Shown one piece after another: positions 47,256-57,576 of a stretch of DNA of 64,000 nucleotides (within the stretch, counting starts at the first letter, position 1; each line of letters opens with the position of its first letter). The notes below the pieces were generated by a model that was not told where the DNA came from, made no database searches, and was given only the letters and a program-made list of their open reading frames with translations. The stretch lies in the NCBI GenBank assembly GCA_036398895.1, contig DASWOC010000026.1, forward strand, positions 62,293-126,292. The letters are read 5' to 3'. The translations under genes were made by a program, and so were the position numbers. Origin of the DNA: Allosphingosinicella sp. GTDB lineage: Bacteria > Pseudomonadota > Alphaproteobacteria > Sphingomonadales > Sphingomonadaceae.

Positions 47256-48176
47256 ATGAGCGAAGCCGACCCGATCATAGCGCCCCGCCCTCGTAAGCCG
47301 GACTGGATCCGGGTGAAGGCGCCGACCAGCACCGGCTTCGCCGAAACGAAGAAGCTGATGCGGCGCCTGAACCTCGCCACCGTGTGCGAGGAGGCCGCCT
47401 GCCCCAATATCGGCGAGTGCTGGACCAAGAAGCACGCGACGGTGATGATCCTCGGCGACACCTGCACCCGCGCCTGCGCCTTCTGCAACGTTAAGACGGG
47501 CATGCCCCGGCCGGTGGATCCGCTGGAGCCCGAGCATGTCGCCACCGCCGCGGCCGAGCTGGGGCTCGAGCATATCGTCATCACGTCCGTCGACCGCGAC
47601 GACCTTCCGGACGGCGGGGCGAGGCAGTTCGTCAAGGTGATCGAGGCGCTTCGGCGGAACACGCCTTCAACGACGATCGAAATCCTCACCCCTGACTTCC
47701 GCAACAAGCCGGAATCAGCGGTGGAGGCGATCGTGGCGGCGCGGCCCGACGTCTATAACCATAACCTCGAAACGGTGCCGCGGCTCTACCCGACCATCCG
47801 CCCCGGCGCGCGCTACTACGCCTCGCTTCGACTGTTGGAGAGCGTGAAGCGGCAGGATCAGAGCATCTTCACCAAGTCCGGCATCATGGTCGGCCTCGGC
47901 GAGCAGCGCCTCGAAGTGCATCAGGTGATGGACGACATGCGCTCCGCCGACGTCGATTTCCTGACGATGGGCCAGTATCTCCAGCCGACGCCGCGCCATG
48001 CGAAGGTCGAAGAGTTCGTGACGCCGCAGGCGTTCAGCGCTTATGCCGCGATCGCGCGGGCGAAGGGCTTCCTCCTCGTCGCGGCGAGCCCACTCACCCG
48101 CTCGAGCTACCATGCGGGGGACGACTTCGCGAAGATGAAGGCCGCGCGGGAAGCAAAGCTCGCTTCGGCGCGTTGA
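47256..48176 (+). CDS. lipA: Lipoyl synthase
   Basis: [12 protein letters not shown], radical-SAM CTRACAFC and RSSY. Confidence 0.98.
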   Translation: MSEADPIIAPRPRKPDWIRVKAPTSTGFAETKKLMRRLNLATVCEEAACPNIGECWTKKHATVMILGDTCTRACAFCNVKTGMPRPVDPLEPEHVATAAAELGLEHIVITSVDRDDLPDGGARQFVKVIEALRRNTPSTTIEILTPDFRNKPESAVEAIVAARPDVYNHNLETVPRLYPTIRPGARYYASLRLLESVKRQDQSIFTKSGIMVGLGEQRLEVHQVMDDMRSADVDFLTMGQYLQPTPRHAKVEEFVTPQAFSAYAAIARAKGFLLVAASPLTRSSYHAGDDFAKMKAAREAKLASAR

Positions 48177-48185
48177 GGAAGGGCG

Positions 48186-48668
48186 ATGCCCCGCCACACC
48201 GAAACCCGGACGATGCCCTACACGCCCGAGCAGATGTTCGATCTGGTCGCCGACGTAAAGCGCTATCCGGAGTTCCTCCCCTGGGTGGCGGCGACGCGCA
48301 TCCGCTCCGACAACGAAACGTTGATGGTCGCAGACCTGGTGGTCGGCTTCAAATCGATAAAGGAGACCTTTGCGTCCCGGGTCACCAAGAAGCGCCCGCG
48401 TAACCTCGCCGTCGATTACCTTGAGGGGCCGCTGAAGTACCTCCACAACAGCTGGAGCTTCGAGCCGGACGGGAAGGGGGGAACGAAGATCAATTTCTGC
48501 GTCGACTTCGCCTTCAAGTCGCGAATCTTCGAAGCGATCGCCGGCCAGATGTTCGACCGTGCGCTGAGGCGGATGATCGGCGCTTTCGAGGACCGCGCGC
48601 GCGACCTCTACGGAACCGGGTCCGGCGAGGACGGCAAGAGCAGCTCGAGCGCGCAAAGCGCAGCCTGA
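48186..48668 (+). CDS. START/SRPBCC protein (RatA/Coq10 family)
   Basis: QMFDLVADVKRYPEFLPW and GPLKYLHNSWSF. Conserved position after lipA. Confidence 0.9.
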   Translation: MPRHTETRTMPYTPEQMFDLVADVKRYPEFLPWVAATRIRSDNETLMVADLVVGFKSIKETFASRVTKKRPRNLAVDYLEGPLKYLHNSWSFEPDGKGGTKINFCVDFAFKSRIFEAIAGQMFDRALRRMIGAFEDRARDLYGTGSGEDGKSSSSAQSAA

Positions 48669-49141
48669 AGCCTGACGCCACCGCGGCCGAGGTCACCGAA
48701 CTCGCGGACGTCGGCCACCATCTCCTTCGGGTCTGCGCCTCGCCTCGCCCGTGCGAAGACGACGGTCCCCACCGGCTTCCGAACGCTTCCGCCTCCCGGA
48801 CCAGCAACGCCGGTGATCGCCACGGCTACGTCCGCCCCGGAGCGGGTAAGCGCGCCTTGCGCCATTGACCAGGCGACCGCGATCGACACGGCGCCGAACG
48901 TCTCCAGCAAATCCTCGCTGACGCCGAGCAGTTCAGCCTTGGCCTCGTTAGAATAGGTGACGAAACCGCCTTCGAAGACGTCGGAGGAGCCCGGCACCTC
49001 AGTCAAAGCTGCGCCGACCAGGCCGCCGGTGCAGCTCTCGGCCACGGCGAGGTGAAGATCGGCGGCGCGGTTCGCCTCGATGACGCGCCGCGCCGCCTCG
49101 ACCAGCTCTTTGGGAAGAAGTGTGTCCTGCTTTACCGTCAC
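48608..49141 (-). CDS. CinA C-terminal domain protein (NMN deamidase, PncC-like)
   Basis: AVAESCTGGL, VTYSNEAK and TGVAGPGGG. Start reassigned to GTG 49141, a GTGA overlap with the upstream gene. Confidence 0.9.
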   Translation of the reverse strand: MTVKQDTLLPKELVEAARRVIEANRAADLHLAVAESCTGGLVGAALTEVPGSSDVFEGGFVTYSNEAKAELLGVSEDLLETFGAVSIAVAWSMAQGALTRSGADVAVAITGVAGPGGGSVRKPVGTVVFARARRGADPKEMVADVREFGDLGRGGVRLQAALCALELLLPSSPDPVP

Positions 49142-49701
49142 GGGGCCGACGAAGGGGCGGGGGCCGCTGCGGGGCACAGAATGGGCGGCGGGGCGGCCTT
49201 GGCCTTCTTCGAGTCGCCCTTGCCAGAGGAAGGCACGGGGGGAGTAAGCCCCTGTTCCATGGCCAAGGTAACGAGGCCCGCAAGATTCTCCGGCGGCAGG
49301 GGAGCGAGGAGCGCCAACGCCCGGTCTAGGGTGGAGCAGTTCTCCGCCGTCAGATCCTTTGCGCCCTCTGCCCGGATCAAGTCCCGCGCCATGCTCGAGA
49401 CGGTGTCGGCGCTGAACATGCCCGCCTTTTCAGCGCCGGCAATCCGGACGAACGCCGCCCGCATTCCCTCCCAGTGGGCGGTGCGCTCGGCGGCAAGGCG
49501 CTTCGAAAGGTCGGCGCCGCCAGTCAGCAGATAGGCGCTGGCGGGAAGCGATGCCTGGCAATGCTCGGCCAGTCCCTCGAAGACCACCGGCATCGCGAAC
49601 TTGATGGCATGCTCGACCTCGGCGGGATGGATGCAGGGCGGCGCCGCCGCCGGCTGAGTCGTGGGGGCGAGCAGGGCAAAGGCGGCGATCAGGGCTTTCA
49701 C
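49138..49701 (-). CDS. Secreted hypothetical protein
   Basis: Signal peptide, paired Cys residues and 4-nt overlaps with ispDF and cinA. Confidence 0.7.
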   Translation of the reverse strand: MKALIAAFALLAPTTQPAAAPPCIHPAEVEHAIKFAMPVVFEGLAEHCQASLPASAYLLTGGADLSKRLAAERTAHWEGMRAAFVRIAGAEKAGMFSADTVSSMARDLIRAEGAKDLTAENCSTLDRALALLAPLPPENLAGLVTLAMEQGLTPPVPSSGKGDSKKAKAAPPPILCPAAAPAPSSAP

Positions 49702-50864
49702 AGGTATTCCTCCGGCAATCTGATGGTTGCAACGGCCTGTGCCGCTATGCCCTCTCCCCGTCCGGTGAAGCCGAGCCGCTCGGTCGTCGTCGCCTTGATG
49801 CTAACCCGGCCTTCCGGCACTCGCAACAACTCTGCCAGCCGGGTGCGAATGGCGTCCCGGTGGGGGCCGATCTTCGGCGCCTCGCAGATGATCGTCGCAT
49901 CGACATGGTCGATGCGCCCGCCGCGGCTTTCCACCAGCGTCCGCGCATGCTCGACGAAGAGGCTCGACGCCGCGCCCCGCCATCGTGGATCGGAGGGCGG
50001 AAAATGATCGCCTATGTCGCCCGCCGAGGCGGCGCCGAGGATGGCATCGGTGACGGCATGGAGCAACACGTCGGCATCGCTATGCCCTTTGAGGCCCCGT
50101 TCATGCGGGATGCGGACACCGCCGAGCCACAATGGCTGATCCTGGGCGAACGCATGGACGTCGAAGCCCATGCCTGTCCTGCTCACCATCGCGGCCGTGA
50201 GCCGCTCTTCCGCCCGGACAAAATCCTCTTCGAAGGTGAGCTTCTCGAGCCGCCAGTCGCCTTCCACCGTCGCGACCCGGAGGCCGGCGGCGCGGGCCAC
50301 CTGCGCATCGTCGGTGGGGGCTGGCGGCCCGGTCCAGCGGCGATGCGCCTCTAGGATCGCGTCGAAGCGGAAAGCCTGAGGGGTCTGGACCCTCACCAGC
50401 CGGTCGCGCGGCACCGTGTCTCCCAGGCCTTCATCGGCGTGAGCAAGCGTGTCGACGACGGGGAGCACCGGCACCGCGCCCTCCGCCGGATCGAGGGCAT
50501 CGAGAAGGCGATGCACCACCTCCAAGGGCAGGAAAGGCCGCGCCGCATCGTGGATGATAACGCGATCGACGGCGCCTTCCGCGGCCACGGCTTCGAGCCC
50601 GCTGCGCACGGAAAGGTACCGCTCGGCCCCGCCGAATATGGGGGAGGGGAGAGCGCGGCCCTCCAGCGCGTCGTGATAGAGCTCGTCCTGGCCTTCGCCG
50701 ATTACCACCCTGATCTCGTCCACGGCGCTTCGGGAGAGATGATCCAGAGCATGAGAAAGTAGCGGCCGCCCGGCGAGCCTTCGATATTGCTTGGGGAGCC
50801 CACCGCCCGCCCGGCTGCCGCTCCCCGCCGCCACCAGCAAAGCCACTGTCCTGCCGCTCGTCAT
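49698..50864 (-). CDS. ispDF: Bifunctional IspD/IspF
   Basis: AAGSGSR...PKQY and IHDAARP (IspD), then GMGFDVH and GHSDADVLLHA (IspF). Confidence 0.96.
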   Translation of the reverse strand: MTSGRTVALLVAAGSGSRAGGGLPKQYRRLAGRPLLSHALDHLSRSAVDEIRVVIGEGQDELYHDALEGRALPSPIFGGAERYLSVRSGLEAVAAEGAVDRVIIHDAARPFLPLEVVHRLLDALDPAEGAVPVLPVVDTLAHADEGLGDTVPRDRLVRVQTPQAFRFDAILEAHRRWTGPPAPTDDAQVARAAGLRVATVEGDWRLEKLTFEEDFVRAEERLTAAMVSRTGMGFDVHAFAQDQPLWLGGVRIPHERGLKGHSDADVLLHAVTDAILGAASAGDIGDHFPPSDPRWRGAASSLFVEHARTLVESRGGRIDHVDATIICEAPKIGPHRDAIRTRLAELLRVPEGRVSIKATTTERLGFTGRGEGIAAQAVATIRLPEEYL

Positions 50865-50929
50865 CCTAGCCGCAGTAGCGGAGCCCAAACTTGCCCGCCA
50901 GCGCCTTTGCCCCTATCTCGCGCCCTCCC

Positions 50930-51928
50930 ATGAGCAGATTGGCGCCCATCTCGATCGGTCCGGTGAGGATCGACACGCCCGTGATCCTGGCGCCGATGAC
51001 CGGCGTCACCGACAGGCCGTTCCGCCGAGTGGTCAAAAGCTATGGAGCGGGCCTCACCGTTACCGAGATGATCGCAAGCCAAGCGATGATCCGCGAGACC
51101 CGGCAGTCGCTCCAGAAGGCGGCCTGGGATCCGATCGAGGATCCGGTGTCGATGCAGCTGGCCGGCTGCACGCCGGTCGAGATGGCCGAAGCGGCGAAGC
51201 TCAACGAGGATCGCGGCGCCGCCATCATCGATATCAACATGGGCTGTCCGGTGAAAAAGGTGGTGAACGGCGACGCCGGATCAGCGCTGATGCGGGACCT
51301 GAAGCTGGCTGCCGCCATCGTCGAAGCAACGGTGAAGGCCGTGAAAGTGCCGGTGACGCTGAAGATGCGTATGGGCTGGGATCATTCTAGCCTCAACGCT
51401 CCTGATCTCGCCCGCATCGCGGTGGACCTCGGCGTGAAGATGATCACCGTCCACGGCCGTACGCGCAACCAGATGTACAAAGGCGAGGCGGACTGGGCTT
51501 TCATTCGGCGGGTGAAGGACGCAGTGGATGTTCCGGTGATCGTCAATGGCGACATCTGCTCCGTCGAAGACGCGGACCAGGCCCTCTCGCTCTCGGGCGC
51601 GGACGGAGTGATGATCGGGCGGGGCGCCTACGGCCGGCCCTGGTTGCTCGGGCAGGTGATGCACTGGCTTCGCACGGGCGAGCGGGCGGCAGAGCCCGGG
51701 CTGGATGAGCAGTTCTCAGTCATCTCCGAGCAATATGAGGCGATGCTTGCTCACTACGGCACCGAGAACGGGGTCAACATCGCTCGGAAGCATATCGGCT
51801 GGTACACGAAGGGGCTCCACGGCTCGGCCGAGTTCCGCAACGCCTTCAACAAGGAAGCCGACCCAAAGCGGGCGCGGGCGATGCTCCGGGACTTCTACGC
51901 GCCCTGGCTTTCCAAGGCCGCTGCCTAG
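50930..51928 (+). CDS. dusB: tRNA-dihydrouridine synthase B (NifR3)
   Basis: [30 protein letters not shown] and MIGRG. Confidence 0.96.
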   Translation: MSRLAPISIGPVRIDTPVILAPMTGVTDRPFRRVVKSYGAGLTVTEMIASQAMIRETRQSLQKAAWDPIEDPVSMQLAGCTPVEMAEAAKLNEDRGAAIIDINMGCPVKKVVNGDAGSALMRDLKLAAAIVEATVKAVKVPVTLKMRMGWDHSSLNAPDLARIAVDLGVKMITVHGRTRNQMYKGEADWAFIRRVKDAVDVPVIVNGDICSVEDADQALSLSGADGVMIGRGAYGRPWLLGQVMHWLRTGERAAEPGLDEQFSVISEQYEAMLAHYGTENGVNIARKHIGWYTKGLHGSAEFRNAFNKEADPKRARAMLRDFYAPWLSKAAA

Positions 51929-52016
51929 CCCCTTCCCTCAGGAGGGACGGCTGCGACGAGAGGCAAATACGACAAACTGTGTTCTTTTTGCCACATTGTT
52001 GTGGTAGCCCCGCCTC

Positions 52017-54272
52017 ATGAACGCCGAAGCCCCGGTTGAAGTCGATGCGCGCCCCCGCTGGCGCCGACGCCTAACGATAGCGCTTCGGCGGGGGAGGGCG
52101 GCTCCGTTCCTCGAGGTTGGGGCGGTGCTACTGCTGCTGGTCGTCGCCAGCAGCTATTTCCTCATCACCCGCAAGGGGGATGGCGGCACTTTGCTCAGCC
52201 CTCCCGTGGTCGCCGCGCTGCTCGTGGCGACCTTGGTACCGGCGATGGGTCTGATGGCGCTGGTGGCACGACGGGTCGCAATGCGCCGCGCCGCCCAGTC
52301 GCCGATCGGGGGGAGGGGACGGCTCCACGTCCGGCTGGTCGCTTTGTTCTCGGTGCTGGCCAGCGTTCCGACGCTGATGGTGGTGATCTTCGCCTCGGTG
52401 CTGTTCCAGAACGGAATGGAATTCTGGTTCTCCGACCGCGCGCGAACGGTGCTCGTCAGCGCCGAGAACGTGGCCCAGGTATACGAGCGAGAGCATAAGG
52501 AGCGGATCAGCCTCGATATTGCAGCGATGGGTGCCGACATGGTTGATCGGATCAATCGCTATGGCCTCGAGAGCAAGACCTTCGAAGACGAGTTCTGGTA
52601 CCAGACGGCGGCGCGTCAGCTCACCGAAGCAGCGATCCTGACGGTCACCGAGAAGAATGAAATCCAGCTTCAGATCGGAGTGAACCTCTACGACCGGCCT
52701 CTGGAGAAGCGCTTTACGGCCGCACAGCTCAAATCACTCAAGGCCGGTGGCACGGCGGTCGCCCTCAATACCCGAGACCGCATCGAAGCGGTGATCCGTC
52801 TCGATCCGAACGCGCCGGTCTACCTCTACGGTGCCCGTGCGGTGAACGAGGCGGCGATCGCCTCGATGGACGAAGCGAGGAGCGCGGCCAGCGCCTATCA
52901 GCGGGCGCTCGACCGGGCGCGGACTTTGCAATTCCGTTTCAACGCTTTGCTCCTGCTGGTGTCGCTGCTGATTGTCGGGTTCGCGATTTGGGTGGCGCTG
53001 GCGGTAGCGGACCGGCTCGTTCGGCCCGTTGGGCAGCTGGTGGAAGCCGCGCGGCGGATCACCGCGGGCGACCTTTCCGCTCGAGTGGCCGATTCGTCGG
53101 ATCGGGACGAGCTCGGGACCCTCGGCACCGCCTTCAATCGCATGACAAGCCGTCTCGAAGCGCAGACGGGTGCGCTCGTCTCGGCCAACGCACAGATCGA
53201 CAGCCGTCGCGCGTTCATCGAAGCCGTCCTGTCGGGGGTCACAGCGGGCATCATATCCGTTGGGGAGGACCATCGTGTACGCCTCATCAACAGCTCCGCC
53301 GAGGCTTTGCTGAAGACCGACAAGGAGAGCGCGATCGGCCTTCCTCTGGTGGATCTGGCGCCGGAGCTCGACGCTCATCTGGGCAGCGCTGCCCGCGAAG
53401 ACATCATCCAGTTCGCTTCCGCGGGGGAGCCGCGGACGCTGGCAGTGAAGCGGGTGCGGGTGGAGGGCGGCCACGTCCTCACCTTCGACGACATCACCCA
53501 ACAGCTTCTCGATCAACGGCGTGCCGCCTGGTCGGACGTCGCCCGGCGCATCGCGCACGAGATCAAGAACCCGCTGACTCCGATCCAGCTTGCCGCCGAG
53601 CGCCTTCAGCGGCGCTACGGCTCCGAGATCACTTCCGATGCACCCACTTTCGAGCGGCTCACCGGAACCATCGTCCGGCAGGTCGGAGATCTGCGCCGGA
53701 TGGTGGACGAATTCTCCTCCTTTGCGCGAATGCCCAAGCCCGTGTTCCGGGAGGAGCCCATTGCGGAGGTCGCGCGTGAGGCCCTCTTCCTGCACCAGGT
53801 AGCCCATCCCGACATCGCCTTTTCGCTGGACGCGCCCGAGCCATCGCCCCGGCTGGTATGCGACCGTCGCCAGCTCGGCCAGGCTTTGACGAACATCGTC
53901 AAGAATGCCGTGGAAGCCATTCAGCAGAAACGGGAAGAAAGCGGCACGACCGGCAGCGACGCAGTCAACATCTTTGTCCGGAACGAGGGCAAGGAGGGCG
54001 GCCTGGTGCTGGAGGTGACGGACACCGGGATAGGCCTGCCGCCCGAGCGCGGCCGCCTCACCGAGCCGTATATGACCACCCGCGTGAAGGGCACCGGCCT
54101 CGGCCTCGCGATCGTCAAGAAGATCGTGGAGGAACATTTCGGAAGCATCGAGTTTGACGATGCTCCGGGGGGCGGGACCCTCGTGCGGCTGGTCTTCGAT
54201 CCCCCGGCGCTCGCGCGGCTCGTCGCCGGCGGCGGCTCCAACTCCTCTCCTGACGATTCTGGAAGCGAATAA
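52017..54272 (+). CDS. ntrY: Sensor histidine kinase NtrY
   Basis: TM, HAMP and PAS domains, AWSDVARRIAHEIKNPLTPIQL and GTGLGL. Adjacent to ntrX. Confidence 0.95.
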   Translation: MNAEAPVEVDARPRWRRRLTIALRRGRAAPFLEVGAVLLLLVVASSYFLITRKGDGGTLLSPPVVAALLVATLVPAMGLMALVARRVAMRRAAQSPIGGRGRLHVRLVALFSVLASVPTLMVVIFASVLFQNGMEFWFSDRARTVLVSAENVAQVYEREHKERISLDIAAMGADMVDRINRYGLESKTFEDEFWYQTAARQLTEAAILTVTEKNEIQLQIGVNLYDRPLEKRFTAAQLKSLKAGGTAVALNTRDRIEAVIRLDPNAPVYLYGARAVNEAAIASMDEARSAASAYQRALDRARTLQFRFNALLLLVSLLIVGFAIWVALAVADRLVRPVGQLVEAARRITAGDLSARVADSSDRDELGTLGTAFNRMTSRLEAQTGALVSANAQIDSRRAFIEAVLSGVTAGIISVGEDHRVRLINSSAEALLKTDKESAIGLPLVDLAPELDAHLGSAAREDIIQFASAGEPRTLAVKRVRVEGGHVLTFDDITQQLLDQRRAAWSDVARRIAHEIKNPLTPIQLAAERLQRRYGSEITSDAPTFERLTGTIVRQVGDLRRMVDEFSSFARMPKPVFREEPIAEVAREALFLHQVAHPDIAFSLDAPEPSPRLVCDRRQLGQALTNIVKNAVEAIQQKREESGTTGSDAVNIFVRNEGKEGGLVLEVTDTGIGLPPERGRLTEPYMTTRVKGTGLGLAIVKKIVEEHFGSIEFDDAPGGGTLVRLVFDPPALARLVAGGGSNSSPDDSGSE

Positions 54273-54275
54273 CCT

Positions 54276-55664
54276 ATGGCGCTGGACATTTTGGTCGTCG
54301 ACGATGAGCAGGACATTCGGGACCTGGTGTCCGGCGTTCTGGAAGACGAGGGTTATTCGGCCCGAACCGCGGCAAATAGTTCGGAGGCGTTGCAGGTGCT
54401 GGCTGAACGCCGCCCGTCGCTGGTCCTTCTCGATGTCTGGCTGCAGGGGTCGAAGCTGGACGGCCTTCAGCTCCTCGAGGAGATCAAGCGCCGCGATCCC
54501 AGCCTCCCGGTGCTGATGATTTCGGGCCACGGAAACCTCGACACGGCCGTCGCCGCGATTCGGCAAGGCGCCGCCGACTTCATCGAGAAGCCCTTCGAGG
54601 CCGGGCATCTGCTCCACCTCGTCGGCAGGGCGACCGAGACCGACCGCCTGCGTCGCGAGAATGCCATTCTGCGTGCACAGATCGGGCAGGAGACGGAGCT
54701 TACCGGCTCGAGCGTCGCGATCAACAACGTGCGCGCGACGTTGAAGCGCGTCGCCGGGACTGGGAGCCGGGTCCTGATCTCGGGACCTGCAGGGGTGGGC
54801 AAGGAGGTCGCAGCCCGCCTCCTCCACGACTGGAGCAACCGCTCTCGGGCGCCCTTCACTGTGGTCAGTGCCGCGCGAATGACGGCCGAGCGGGTGGAGG
54901 AGGAATTGTTCGGGGTGGAGGAGGGGGGCGAGCTCGCCCGCCCGGGCCTTCTCGAGCAGGCGCATGGCGGCACTTTGTTCCTCGACGAAATCGCGGACAT
55001 GCCGCTCCCGGCCCAAGGCAAGATCCTCAGGGTCCTGACCGACCAGAGCTTCACGCGCGTCGGCGGCCAGCGGATGGTGAAGGTAGACATGCGCGTGGTG
55101 TCGTCGACCTCGCGCCAGCTATCGGAGGAGATCGCCGCCGGCCGGTTCCGCGAGGATCTGTTCTATCGCCTGAACGTCGTGCCGCTTCACCTGCCCGCGC
55201 TGTCGGAACGCCGGGAGGACATTCCCGAGCTCGTCGGTCATTTCGCGGCCCGCTATGCCGCCGAGCAGCGGCTACCGACGCCGGAATTCTCGGCCGATGC
55301 GATCGCCGCCCTCCAGACCTACGACTGGCCCGGCAACGTGCGGCAGCTACGCAACGTCATCGAGCGGACCATCATCCTGGCACCCGGCGCGCGCGTCGGC
55401 TGCATCGAGGCCGACATGCTGCCGCCCGAGATCTTGAACGAGCAGGCGAGCCTCAACCCCGGCGAGACCGTCAAGGCGATCATGGGCACTCCGCTTCGTG
55501 AGGCGCGGGAGACGTTTGAGCGGGAATATCTCAGGGTCCAGATCCGCCGCTTCTCGGGAAACATTTCGCGGACGGCGACATTCATCGGCATGGAGCGTTC
55601 TGCCTTGCACCGTAAGCTCAAGGCCCTCGGTATCGGCGACCCGAAGGGTGGGAGCGACGACTAG
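54276..55664 (+). CDS. ntrX: Response regulator NtrX
   Basis: REC-AAA+-HTH architecture. Lacks GAFTGA (ELFGVEEG), as is typical of NtrX. Confidence 0.95.
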   Translation: MALDILVVDDEQDIRDLVSGVLEDEGYSARTAANSSEALQVLAERRPSLVLLDVWLQGSKLDGLQLLEEIKRRDPSLPVLMISGHGNLDTAVAAIRQGAADFIEKPFEAGHLLHLVGRATETDRLRRENAILRAQIGQETELTGSSVAINNVRATLKRVAGTGSRVLISGPAGVGKEVAARLLHDWSNRSRAPFTVVSAARMTAERVEEELFGVEEGGELARPGLLEQAHGGTLFLDEIADMPLPAQGKILRVLTDQSFTRVGGQRMVKVDMRVVSSTSRQLSEEIAAGRFREDLFYRLNVVPLHLPALSERREDIPELVGHFAARYAAEQRLPTPEFSADAIAALQTYDWPGNVRQLRNVIERTIILAPGARVGCIEADMLPPEILNEQASLNPGETVKAIMGTPLREARETFEREYLRVQIRRFSGNISRTATFIGMERSALHRKLKALGIGDPKGGSDD

Positions 55665-55786
55665 CGCGCTGGCTAGTCCGACCGGCCGGTGCTAAGGGCC
55701 GTCCAGTTCCCGGACGAGTAACAACAGACGCTCCTCGTGAGCGCCGCGCGGGCAGACGAACCCGCCAATAAAGGGAGAGTGGGGCC

Positions 55787-56281
55787 ATGGCCGGTCAGGT
55801 CAACAACCTCCAGGATCTGTTCCTCAACAACGTCCGGCGCGCCAAGATGCCGGTCACCATGTTTTTGGTGAAGGGCGTGAAGCTTCAGGGGATCATCACC
55901 TGGTTCGACAATTTCTCCGTGCTTCTGCGCCGCGACGGGCAAGCCCAGCTCATCTACAAACACGCAATCTCCACGATCATGCCATCGCATCCGCTCGACC
56001 TGGCTGAGATCGAGAAGGCGTTCGAGGAAGCGGACCGCAAGAAGCCGGCGCTCCTTCAGGAGGCCTTTCTCGGCGCCGTCCGCCGCTCGGGCGACCAGGT
56101 GACGATGTTCCTGGTCAACGGCGTGATGCTTCAGGGCCGGATAGCCGCCTTCGACCTGTTCTGCATGCTTCTGAAGCGCGACGGCCTCAGTCAGCTCGTC
56201 TACAAACATGCCGTGTCGACCGTTCAGCCAGAGCATCCGCTGAACCTCGTCGAGCAGGAAGACGAGGGGTCGGCCGCCTGA
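55787..56281 (+). CDS. hfq: RNA chaperone Hfq with two tandem Sm domains
   Basis: Domain 1 LQDLFLN...LVKGVKLQG...LIYKHAIST. Domain 2 LQEAFLG...LVNGVMLQG...LVYKHAVST. Confidence 0.95.
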   Translation: MAGQVNNLQDLFLNNVRRAKMPVTMFLVKGVKLQGIITWFDNFSVLLRRDGQAQLIYKHAISTIMPSHPLDLAEIEKAFEEADRKKPALLQEAFLGAVRRSGDQVTMFLVNGVMLQGRIAAFDLFCMLLKRDGLSQLVYKHAVSTVQPEHPLNLVEQEDEGSAA

Positions 56282-57576
56282 CTTCTGAGCAATCTGCAGA
56301 CTTCGCTAGAGGTGCGAAGGCGCTGGTCGTGCTGCCGGAAAGGAGCGGCGGCGAAATGCGGCGCGATGTGGAGGCGCGGCTGGACGAGGCGGCGGGGCTT
56401 GCCGAGGCAATCGGGCTCGATGTGGTGGGGCGCCTCCACTTCAAGATCCGGCAGCCCAAGCCCGCGACCCTGTTTGGGTCAGGCCAGGCGGAGGCCATCG
56501 CCGAGGCCGTCCGGGAGGCGGAAGCGCAGCTGCTGATCGTCGACGCGCCGATCACACCCATCCAGCAGAAGAACCTCGAAACGGCGACCAAGGCGAAGGT
56601 GATCGACCGCACGGGCCTCATCCTCGAGATTTTCGGCGAGCGCGCGGCGACGTCCGAGGGCCGGCTGCAGGTGGAGCTCGCCCATCTCGATTATCAGGCG
56701 GGACGTCTCGTGCGCAGCTGGACCCACCTGGAGCGGCAGCGCGGCGGCTTCGGCTTCCTGGGCGGCCCCGGCGAGACCCAGATCGAGGCGGACCGGCGAC
56801 TGATTCGCGATCGGATGGCCAAGCTCAGGAAGGAGCTGGAGCAGGTCACCCGCACCCGCGCCCTCCACCGCGCCCGGCGCCAGCGTGCGCCCTGGCCGGT
56901 GATCGCGCTCGTCGGCTATACCAATGCCGGCAAGTCGACCCTGTTCAACCGGCTGACGCGGGCCGACGTCATGGCAGAGAACCTTCTCTTCGCCACCTTG
57001 GACCCAACCATGCGGGAGTTCGATCTCCCCGGCTTCGACAAGGCGATTCTGTCAGACACGGTGGGCTTCATCTCGGAGCTCCCCACACAGCTGGTGGCGG
57101 CGTTCCGGGCGACGCTGGAGGAAGTGATCTCCGCCGATCTCATCATCCACGTCCGCGACATCGCTCACCCGGACGCGGACGCTCAGCGCGAGGATGTCGA
57201 CAAAGTGCTCGAGGAGATCGGGGCGCGAGGGGAGGGAGGCGCTCCGCTGATCGAGGCTTGGAACAAGATCGACCTTCTTGAGGGGGAGGAGGGGGAGCGG
57301 ACGCGCGCGGAGGCGGAGCGGCGGGAGGATGTGATTCTGATCTCCGCGCTCACCGGAGAGGGGACTGACCGGCTGTTGGACTGCGCCGCCAGCCACCTCA
57401 GCAAGGGTGCGATCCTCCGCAGCGTCACATTGGCGGCATCCGACGGAGAAGGGATCGCCTGGCTGCACCAGAACGGAAAGGTCGAGGAGCAGAGGGGCGA
57501 CGAAAACGAGATCCACCTGGAGGTGCGGCTCTCGCCCGCGGCATGGGCGCGCTTTCAGAGCCGCGGGCGCGCCTAG
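56278..57576 (+). CDS. hflX: GTPase HflX
   Basis: G1 [22 protein letters not shown] and NKID. Frame open upstream of GTG 56329 to a CTG at 56278 overlapping the hfq stop. Confidence 0.95.
   Translation: MTSEQSADFARGAKALVVLPERSGGEMRRDVEARLDEAAGLAEAIGLDVVGRLHFKIRQPKPATLFGSGQAEAIAEAVREAEAQLLIVDAPITPIQQKNLETATKAKVIDRTGLILEIFGERAATSEGRLQVELAHLDYQAGRLVRSWTHLERQRGGFGFLGGPGETQIEADRRLIRDRMAKLRKELEQVTRTRALHRARRQRAPWPVIALVGYTNAGKSTLFNRLTRADVMAENLLFATLDPTMREFDLPGFDKAILSDTVGFISELPTQLVAAFRATLEEVISADLIIHVRDIAHPDADAQREDVDKVLEEIGARGEGGAPLIEAWNKIDLLEGEEGERTRAEAERREDVILISALTGEGTDRLLDCAASHLSKGAILRSVTLAASDGEGIAWLHQNGKVEEQRGDENEIHLEVRLSPAAWARFQSRGRA

Noticed and set aside
48186-48668. RatA as a toxin-antitoxin module
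   Set aside because: There is no RatB/RnfH partner. The lipA-adjacent Coq10-type START protein is a housekeeping quinone-binding family.
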